The translations under genes and the position numbers were made by a program. The notes below the pieces were generated by a model. That model had not been told where the DNA came from and searched no databases. It was given only the letters and a program-made list of their open reading frames with translations. From IMG/VR virus record IMGVR_UViG_3300027743_000022: a stretch of DNA of 63,813 bases, one strand, 5' to 3'. This stretch comes from an uncultured virus (IMG/VR IMGVR_UViG_3300027743_000022). Its lineage: Duplodnaviria > Heunggongvirae > Uroviricota > Caudoviricetes. Positions within the stretch are counted from its first letter, which is position 1. Every line of letters starts with the position of its first letter. Shown in pieces: positions 57,119-63,813 of the stretch.

Positions 57119-57289
57119 TTAATGTTTATGATGACCTTTATGTTTACCAGGATTATTACAATGATAATGTTTATCATAATATTCTCTGGTACATACACGC
57201 TTTTTATGATTATGTACTCTAGGAGTACTTGTATGGATTGTACAAGATGTAACTACCAATGCTAATAATAAAACTGCTAGTATTTTCAT
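57119..57289 (-). CDS. Small His-rich lipoprotein (56 aa)
   Basis: Hand-translated MKILAVLLLALVVTSC...HYHCNNPGKHKGHHKH. Confidence 0.65.
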   Translation of the reverse strand: MKILAVLLLALVVTSCTIHTSTPRVHNHKKRVCTREYYDKHYHCNNPGKHKGHHKH

Positions 57290-57312
57290 AGTTTTTTTGT
57301 TTATATAACTAT

Positions 57313-57320
57313 CAAATATA
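57313..57320 (-). promoter_or_regulatory. Bacteroidota-type -7 promoter element
   Basis: Reverse complement TATATTTG. Confidence 0.5.
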
Positions 57321-57328
57321 CAAAATAA

Positions 57329-57354
57329 AAAAGCCCTATCAAAGTAGGGCTTTT
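57329..57354 (-). terminator. Intrinsic terminator
   Basis: AAAAGCCCTA-tcaaag-TAGGGCTTTT. Confidence 0.75.
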
Positions 57355-57370
57355 AAATTTAAATTAATAA

Positions 57371-59251
57371 TTATTTTTCCTTAACCACTCTCAAAGTTTT
57401 CACTTCTGTAGCTTGTTTAAGGATTACATTATATACACCTATAGGATAACCTTCTCCTAGTTGGATATTTTTACTTTCACTAGCTCTAAGGCTTTTATTC
57501 TCTATTCTTCTACCTAACATATCATATACATTTACATCTAATGGAGAATCACTATCAGTAGTAATATCTAAATTAAAGTTTGTTGTATAAGGATTAGGAG
57601 AAGCAATAAATCTAGAAATTCCTATGTTTTTAGTTGGAGTAAAATTATTAGTTGGAGTAGTACTATTCAATAGATTAATACCTTGTTTAATTGCTACACA
57701 ACTTTCTGAAGGGGCTGATGTATTAGGAGATTTCTCAACGTTACAGTGATTAACACCACCTTCATTGTTAAATCCATCTAACTTAGCTCCAAGAGCATTA
57801 CATGTACCACCTGCAAAAGCAGCATTAACCTGAGCAACTAAACCATTTACTCCATCAATAGTAGGAATTCCAAAAGGTAATCCTTCACAGATGTTTAATA
57901 GAGCAGCTACAGATTGTCTTGCCAAGTTTTCACAACCAGTGTTTCCTTTTAAGTTCAGTGCTTGAAGCAATGTTAAATCAGCAGCAAGTGTTGAACCAGA
58001 GAATACATCTTTGTACAATGTACATGTTGTATAAGCATCACACCAAGCTTTAGTATGATTTTTCCAGTATCCTAAAGTACATCCATTAAGTTCACAAACT
58101 TCTCTTGTAACTACTTGACTACATTGTACTGAATGAATACCACAAAGGTTAGACACATCCCAAGTACGTGTAGATGATAGTCCATCAGGGCTTACTACAG
58201 TACTAATAATATTAACTACCAGAGGACCACAAATACCACTTGGTGTAGGTGCATCAAATTCAAACTGAGCATTACAAGCAATTAGCTTAGCAGCAACACA
58301 TTGAATATTAGGTGCTGTAGCAGCTAACACTTCAAATATAGCTGTACACTCATCTCTTTGTCCACAAGCATCTGTTACAACAAATCTAACTGTTCTAATA
58401 CCACCACATTTATCAGGGGCACCAGCAGCATCAGGAATCACTTCTACAGGATTTCTATTAATACCACCACTTGTTTGAACTGTATTTAACCATGCAATAA
58501 ATGCAGCATCAAGAGATGCTTGGTCTGCATAAGTACAAGCAGCATCATGTCTGTCTACAGGACAGGTAACATCTAGAGCAACTGCCACAGGATTAATAAT
58601 ATTAATCACTTGGGAGAACCCATGACAATGGGTTGAACCATCTAAAGGAGTATCTTCAATTTCAATAACATAGGCTCCAGGAGCTATATTAGCAAAGACA
58701 TTACTAGCTTGAGGACCTGCAACTATTGGACCTGCAGCAGTACCTTGATGTAATGTGAATAAATAACCACCAGGGAATTGAGCAGGATCACCACCTGCTG
58801 TTATAACAGTACCAAAGTCAGTAGCTGTAATAGTAGTAAGCTCATTAGGACATAGAACAGCAGGTGCATTACCTTCTACAACTACTACCTTAGAAACACC
58901 AGAAGAAGAACATGAAGTTCCTGCAGGATTACCAGGGAAAGTCATTAATACTGTTACACTACCAGGATTATCTCCCATTGTAACTAATATACTATTTATG
59001 TTACCAGCAGAAACAGAAGTAATTGATTGTAAACCATTAGAAAACTTAGCACCACCTGAAGTATCAGCTGTAATTGTCCAAGTTAATATTGTACCATCTG
59101 CTATACCAAAACTAGTGGAAGTCCACAATAAATTATCACCAGCACAAGCAAAGCTTCCTGGATTAGTATTCGAGTTGAAACATGTTTGTGCAGATGTATT
59201 AGTAACGAAAGCTACAAACATTAGCAATAATAGGATAATCTTTTTCATCAT
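57371..59251 (-). CDS. Cys-rich secreted protein with T9SS type-A C-terminal sorting domain
   Basis: Signal peptide then Gln+1; SprB/HYR-like repeats; TLGYWKNH domain; SPNPY...VYDMLGR...GVYNV...KTLRVVK CTD. Confidence 0.88.
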   Translation of the reverse strand: MMKKIILLLLMFVAFVTNTSAQTCFNSNTNPGSFACAGDNLLWTSTSFGIADGTILTWTITADTSGGAKFSNGLQSITSVSAGNINSILVTMGDNPGSVTVLMTFPGNPAGTSCSSSGVSKVVVVEGNAPAVLCPNELTTITATDFGTVITAGGDPAQFPGGYLFTLHQGTAAGPIVAGPQASNVFANIAPGAYVIEIEDTPLDGSTHCHGFSQVINIINPVAVALDVTCPVDRHDAACTYADQASLDAAFIAWLNTVQTSGGINRNPVEVIPDAAGAPDKCGGIRTVRFVVTDACGQRDECTAIFEVLAATAPNIQCVAAKLIACNAQFEFDAPTPSGICGPLVVNIISTVVSPDGLSSTRTWDVSNLCGIHSVQCSQVVTREVCELNGCTLGYWKNHTKAWCDAYTTCTLYKDVFSGSTLAADLTLLQALNLKGNTGCENLARQSVAALLNICEGLPFGIPTIDGVNGLVAQVNAAFAGGTCNALGAKLDGFNNEGGVNHCNVEKSPNTSAPSESCVAIKQGINLLNSTTPTNNFTPTKNIGISRFIASPNPYTTNFNLDITTDSDSPLDVNVYDMLGRRIENKSLRASESKNIQLGEGYPIGVYNVILKQATEVKTLRVVKEK

Positions 59252-59268
59252 AATAAAATTTAAAGGTT

Positions 59269-59314
59269 AAAAAAAAAATAAGAGACCCCCACAGTAAGTG
59301 GGGACTCTCTTATT
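59269..59314 (-). terminator. Intrinsic terminator
   Basis: AATAAGAGA-CCCCCAC/GTGGGG-A-CTCTCTTATT inverted repeat with A run on + strand. Confidence 0.7.
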
Positions 59315-59324
59315 AGATTATTAA

Positions 59325-61883
59325 TTAATCATTATGTTTTCCACAGTGGTGTTTACCTCCTTTGTGATGTTTACATTTGTCTTTACATCCATAATGTTGA
59401 CATTTGTGTTCACAAGGTTTTACAACATCATCACAACATTTCAATGTTATACATTGAGTAGCATAACCAATGTTACCACAATCGTCAGCAGCTTGCCATT
59501 TTTTACAGTAAGTAACAGTACCATCAGCATTTTTAGTGATTGTTAAATCAATACCAACAGCAATCAAACATTTAGAATCACAAGCATCAAACACTTTAGG
59601 AGTGTCAAATTCAGGTGCTACATAAAGGTCACATAGTTTATCACATACTGCATGTAAGTCTTTTGACTTAGCAAACGGTGCACAGATAGTTTTATCAGGC
59701 AAACAAGTTAATACAGGGGCTGTTTTATCTTCTGTCCATGTAAAGATCTCTAACCATGGTAAGCTACGTTTTCCACAAGGAGAAACAGCTACGTATGTTC
59801 TGATTTGAGTTCTTTTACATTTAAATAAGTCTTTAACATCACCTACTTTAACTTCTACAGTGTATCCACAAGGAGCTTTTACAAGAACCTCACCAGCTAC
59901 TGGTAGATCTCCTATTGGGTTACAACCTAGGTCACGACCTATAGGTCCTTTCAAAATAATAGGGGCGTATGGTTCCTCTGTCCATGTAAACACTTGTTCA
60001 CATTTAAAACCTAGAGGATTACATTCAGTAGTCACAGTGTAAGTACGAATTCTTTGTTTTTTACATCCTTCAAGGTTAGTTACTGCACCTAATGCACTAA
60101 CAACTTTATAAGGACAAGTAGTACCTACTTCAACTACTCCAGGAGCAGGAATATCAATATCACCACATTTATTCAAACATCCAAGGTCTTTACCTTCAGG
60201 ACATTTAATTGTAAATGGTAAATCTACTTTCCATGTAAACACTTGTTCAGCTGTTACACCATTAGGGTAACAATCAGTAACTACTTTGAAGGTACGAACC
60301 AATCTATAGTTACAACCATCTATTACAGGAGCACCATCTAAATGGGTTACAGTAGTAGGACAGTTTGATGTTACTTGAGCAACTTCAACAGCAGGAGGAA
60401 GAACAGGGTTACAGCCTAAATCTCTGTTAGCAGGGGCTTTGATTATAGGTACTGCAGCTGCATTTACAATTATTTTTTTCTTGAACACAAGTTCAGGAAG
60501 ACATCTTTGTAATGCTCTGAAAGTAACTTCTACTTCTCCACCACATTTGTCAGGTCTAACAAAAGGATCAACTATAACAGGTAGGATTCCACAATCATTG
60601 TTTGCTTTAACAATGTCAATGAACGCTTGGATTTTAGCATCTAAGTCTAATTGATTAGCACAAGCGTCTACAATTAGATTTCCTCCACCACCAAGAACAC
60701 CAGCTCTAGGACGTTCAACTTCAAATCTAGCAGAGATTTCTTGATCAACATAACATCTGTCTTTAATAACAAATCTTACTACTAATCCATCACCACCACA
60801 GAAATTAGGTACTCCATTATCTAGTCTTGTTAATGTAGGAGCACATCCACCAGCCACTTTAAAGCCTTCTAAGAACACTTTAAATGCATCAGCTAGGTTT
60901 TGTTCATTAGTAAGCTCACAGAACTTAATAAGCTTATCTGCAGGCTTCTCAAAGGTTACTGCAGGGGCAGCACCCACTTTAAATATAGCAGAACATTCTG
61001 CTCTTTGTAGACATTCATCAGTAACAGTCCACTTAACTACCACCTCACCACCACATACAGGGGGTGCTTGAGGATTAATAGGATCAGTAACTACTGTTAG
61101 ATTACCTGTACCACCACTTTTTTGAATGTTAGCTAACCATGCTGCGAATTCAACATTAACAGCATTCTGATCTGCATAGAGACAAGCACTCTTGTCTACG
61201 TTCCCTGGACAGGTTACAAAGACAGGTTTTACTTCAGGGTTAATCAAGGTCACTGCTTGAGAAGAGTCCTTACAACCACTACCATCAGTAATATCAATGG
61301 TATAAACACCAGGAGCTACACCTTCAAACACACCAGTGTTGTTTGAAATACCTCCAGGGTTTAATGTAAATGTATAATTTCCTAAGTCAATAGGAGCATT
61401 TCCATCTACGATGATAGTACCAAAATTAACAGCAGTAATAGTTCCCTTGTCATCATGACATTTGAGCGTAGAAGCAATAGCTTCCACTTGAAGGAGTTTA
61501 GAAATTCCAGATGAAGAACAAGAACCTACAGAAGGAGTAGCATCAAAGGTCATTACAACAGTAACAGTACCAGCTTTAGCACCTACATTAACTAACACAG
61601 TGTTGATGTTTCCAACAGCAGTTGTGCTATAGGTTTGTAATCCATTGGCAACAAAAAAGGCTCCACTAGAACCTTCAGTAATTTTCCAAGTAATAGCCTG
61701 TCCTGCTGTAACAGCGAAAGACGTGGTTTTCCAGGTTAAGGTTTCTCCAGCACAAACAATACTTCCAGGGGAAGTTTCTGAATTAAAACAGGTTTGACCA
61801 GAAACAGACGAAGTGACAAAGAATGTCACTAGAAACAAAAGCGATAAGAGCATCTTGAATCTACAGGGTACATCTTTTTTCAT
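59325..61883 (-). CDS. Cys-rich secreted HYR-like repeat protein with His/Cys-rich tail, paralogue of 57371..59251
   Basis: Signal peptide + QTCFNS; repeated DLGC...RT[FY].V...C...EQVFTW units. Confidence 0.85.
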   Translation of the reverse strand: MKKDVPCRFKMLLSLLFLVTFFVTSSVSGQTCFNSETSPGSIVCAGETLTWKTTSFAVTAGQAITWKITEGSSGAFFVANGLQTYSTTAVGNINTVLVNVGAKAGTVTVVMTFDATPSVGSCSSSGISKLLQVEAIASTLKCHDDKGTITAVNFGTIIVDGNAPIDLGNYTFTLNPGGISNNTGVFEGVAPGVYTIDITDGSGCKDSSQAVTLINPEVKPVFVTCPGNVDKSACLYADQNAVNVEFAAWLANIQKSGGTGNLTVVTDPINPQAPPVCGGEVVVKWTVTDECLQRAECSAIFKVGAAPAVTFEKPADKLIKFCELTNEQNLADAFKVFLEGFKVAGGCAPTLTRLDNGVPNFCGGDGLVVRFVIKDRCYVDQEISARFEVERPRAGVLGGGGNLIVDACANQLDLDAKIQAFIDIVKANNDCGILPVIVDPFVRPDKCGGEVEVTFRALQRCLPELVFKKKIIVNAAAVPIIKAPANRDLGCNPVLPPAVEVAQVTSNCPTTVTHLDGAPVIDGCNYRLVRTFKVVTDCYPNGVTAEQVFTWKVDLPFTIKCPEGKDLGCLNKCGDIDIPAPGVVEVGTTCPYKVVSALGAVTNLEGCKKQRIRTYTVTTECNPLGFKCEQVFTWTEEPYAPIILKGPIGRDLGCNPIGDLPVAGEVLVKAPCGYTVEVKVGDVKDLFKCKRTQIRTYVAVSPCGKRSLPWLEIFTWTEDKTAPVLTCLPDKTICAPFAKSKDLHAVCDKLCDLYVAPEFDTPKVFDACDSKCLIAVGIDLTITKNADGTVTYCKKWQAADDCGNIGYATQCITLKCCDDVVKPCEHKCQHYGCKDKCKHHKGGKHHCGKHND

Positions 61884-61913
61884 GAGTATATATAAAAATT
61901 AAGGGTTACGAGA

Positions 61914-62069
61914 TTAAACAACAGTAGTAGTTTCTGTTGTGGTTTCAACGCTTAAAGTAGATGGTGTAGCTGTACGACCCGTAATTTGGGTAAGTCGCTC
62001 AAGCTGTTTCAAGATTCTTCGTAGTAGTATAGCCTCTTGGCTCCAACCTATCTGCTGATTAATTGCCAT
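61914..62069 (-). CDS. Small protein (51 aa) with QQxGWS motif and Thr-rich tail
   Basis: Hand-translated MAINQQIGWSQEAILLRRILKQLERLTQITG...TTTETTTVV. Confidence 0.7.
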   Translation of the reverse strand: MAINQQIGWSQEAILLRRILKQLERLTQITGRTATPSTLSVETTTETTTVV

Positions 62070-62090
62070 GACATATTAGGTTATTGGTTA

Positions 62091-62100
62091 TGCAAATATA
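62091..62100 (-). promoter_or_regulatory. Bacteroidota-type -7 promoter element
   Basis: Reverse complement TATATTTGCA. Confidence 0.55.
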
Positions 62101-62165
62101 ATAATTATTTTTTACTTCCTTATTTTTATTTATGGTAGTAGAAAAAGAATAGTTAGTAGTATTAA

Positions 62166-63164
62166 TTAAATTCCACCATCAGTTATTATCCAGTTGTTTG
62201 GTGCACCTGTTAAAATTGCCCTTGCGGCTGTTGAAGCAGCTGTTCTTTTTGCTGCTCCAAAAGTTATAGTTATATTAGGTTTTACTGGTCTTGATGCCCA
62301 ACCAATATAAAGCGCATCTAAGTTTGCAGGGGAATAAGGAGCGAAACCTGTAGATATTGTTTTTGCAGTCATAAAACCTGCAAAACTAAGCACGTTACTT
62401 ACGTTCCAATTACCAATGTTTTGGTCAAACGCCCATTCTGTATAAAACATATTGGTCATATCTGTAACATTTGCTAATGTAGAACCTACCCTTTCCCAAT
62501 TTCCTATAGGTTGGTTAAAGCTTTTATTGTACTGAAACATACTATTCAACTTAGTTGCACTTGACATGTTCCAACCGCTAATGTCATTATTAAAAGAAGT
62601 GGTTGATGACGATTGCGCGAACATACCTGTGAAATCCTGTACTTGCGACACATCCCATTCCCCTATTCTGTTAATTCCTAAAGGAAGCGGAACTCTGTAA
62701 AATGTTTGCGCTAAACTTGTCGTGCCTGTTAAGTCCAAAACGTCCGTAACCTCATTAAGTTTTAAGTTACCACATAAATAGAAGTAACTGCCTTGTGTTG
62801 TCCCAAGCCTTAAACAACCCCAAGTCTTGATACTTAATATTTTACTCCTTTCTACACCTCCGTTAAAAAGAAGTCCTGTAATAATTCCCGTTAGACTTGT
62901 TATTTTTATAGTGTAAACGCCCGTAACTGCATAAGTATGTATCATTGCGCCTGTGCTTGTTACATTCTGTATGGGAGTGCTGTCACCCCAATCTACCGTA
63001 ACGTCAAATCCTCCTATTCCTAAAAAAGGAATCCTTATTTGGTTGGCTGCTGAACTTCCTGCTAAGGTATTTCTTGTATCCCAAGTTGACTCAAACACTC
63101 TACCTCCATACATCTGAAGAGTAGCTCTACGTTTTCCGTATTCATAAAATAATATAGGATTCAT
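62166..63164 (-). CDS. DUF285/BspA-like repeat protein with PKD-like N-terminal domain (possible virion or receptor-binding accessory)
   Basis: VDWGD...HTY...G.Y; WDVSQV..F.GMF, FN..I..W repeats. Confidence 0.85.
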   Translation of the reverse strand: MNPILFYEYGKRRATLQMYGGRVFESTWDTRNTLAGSSAANQIRIPFLGIGGFDVTVDWGDSTPIQNVTSTGAMIHTYAVTGVYTIKITSLTGIITGLLFNGGVERSKILSIKTWGCLRLGTTQGSYFYLCGNLKLNEVTDVLDLTGTTSLAQTFYRVPLPLGINRIGEWDVSQVQDFTGMFAQSSSTTSFNNDISGWNMSSATKLNSMFQYNKSFNQPIGNWERVGSTLANVTDMTNMFYTEWAFDQNIGNWNVSNVLSFAGFMTAKTISTGFAPYSPANLDALYIGWASRPVKPNITITFGAAKRTAASTAARAILTGAPNNWIITDGGI

Positions 63165-63167
63165 ATC

Positions 63168-63587
63168 TTAAGCATTAGAGATTCGTAAATAATCTATTGT
63201 ACCAACACTAGTTATAGTAGCAGTACTACCTACAATACCTGTTAAAGCAGCAGTCCCATCTACCATAACCAATGTTCTTCCTGCTCCTGCTAAAAAGGTA
63301 ATAGCACCTGTTCCACCTTTCATAAAAGAAGTAGTTAGTGGGGCATTAATGGTAAAGTTAATAGGAGTAGCACCATTATTAAGAATTACATTTTTACCAT
63401 TTTGACTCACTCCATTTGCATCAAGAGTAGCAGCTGTAATACTTGTAGAAGTAGTAATAGTAATTTGAGATGGTGTGGAACTTGCTGCTCTTAATTTAGA
63501 CAGTGCTCCAGCCAGTTTCTCTAATTCTTTAGCGATTAATTGAAGGAGTTTAGATTCTACACTCCATCCTACTTGTTGATTGTTCAT
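63168..63587 (-). CDS. Protein with QQxGWS N-terminal motif and tail-fibre-like beta C-terminus
   Basis: MNNQQVGWSVESKLL...; GTGAITF.AG.G.TL. Confidence 0.75.
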   Translation of the reverse strand: MNNQQVGWSVESKLLQLIAKELEKLAGALSKLRAASSTPSQITITTSTSITAATLDANGVSQNGKNVILNNGATPINFTINAPLTTSFMKGGTGAITFLAGAGRTLVMVDGTAALTGIVGSTATITSVGTIDYLRISNA

Positions 63588-63602
63588 AATATTATATTTT
63601 AT

Positions 63603-63812
63603 CTAGTTAATAGTAGTAATAGTAGTGGTAGTAGTTGGTTCTACTATTGTAGTGCTAGTAGTAGTAGTTAGTTCCTCTGTTGTAGAACTAGTTGTTGTGG
63701 TTGGTTCTCCCTCAGTTAATCCTAGCAAACCCAGAATTATATCTATAACTATTTTACTATTCACACCCCAATTTAAAAATTGTTCTGATGTAAGAATTAA
63801 ATTTCCCTCTTC
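63603..63812 (-). CDS. Partial ORF (runs off window) with Thr-rich tail
   Basis: Hand-translated ...GNLILTSEQFLNWG...EPTTTTSSTTEELTTTTSTTIVEPTTTTTITTIN*. Confidence 0.7.
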   Translation of the reverse strand, partial: EEGNLILTSEQFLNWGVNSKIVIDIILGLLGLTEGEPTTTTSSTTEELTTTTSTTIVEPTTTTTITTIN

Positions 63813-63813
63813 C

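Noticed and set aside
1..63813. Stop-codon reassignment as in some crAss-like phages
   Set aside because: Long conserved genes are intact in the standard code, and TAG and TGA both end coupled genes
1..63813. CRISPR array, integrase/att site, diversity-generating retroelement
   Set aside because: No regularly spaced repeats, recombinase or reverse transcriptase motifs seen

Overview
AT-rich, gene-dense segment of a large dsDNA bacteriophage, most likely infecting a Flavobacterium-like Bacteroidota host. Host evidence: a Flavobacterium-style T9SS C-terminal domain, TAnnTTTG promoters and SD-less leaders. The replication gene set and order resemble crAss-like phages (Crassvirales), though this assignment is inferred. 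No capsid, terminase, integrase or rRNA genes are recognisable. Layout: (i) 1-26.6 kb, + strand: early/host-takeover region of small, often membrane proteins, plus a Tad2/DUF2829-like gene, vWA, AAA, an ASKHA-fold protein, two tRNA-like elements and CA-rich leaders. (ii) 26.6-49.2 kb, + strand: replication/recombination genes (PolA, DnaB-like and SF2 helicases, AAA, SSB, primase, UDG, rIIA/rIIB, PD-(D/E)xK nuclease, RecA, degenerate dUTPase, PhoH, GroES, homing endonucleases). (iii) 49.2-51.1 kb: two glycosyltransferases and a methyltransferase. (iv) 51.2 kb-end, - strand, converging on a bidirectional terminator: PagL-like deacylase, ferritin-like protein, a plant HPAT/SGT-like glycosyltransferase surrounded by Ser/Thr 'mucin-like' proteins, two Cys-rich secreted paralogues (one a T9SS cargo) and a DUF285 protein. 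Best novelty candidates are a phage-encoded protein O-glycosylation module, phage-encoded T9SS cargo and armless tRNA-like RNAs. All family calls come from motif recognition by eye, not database searches.
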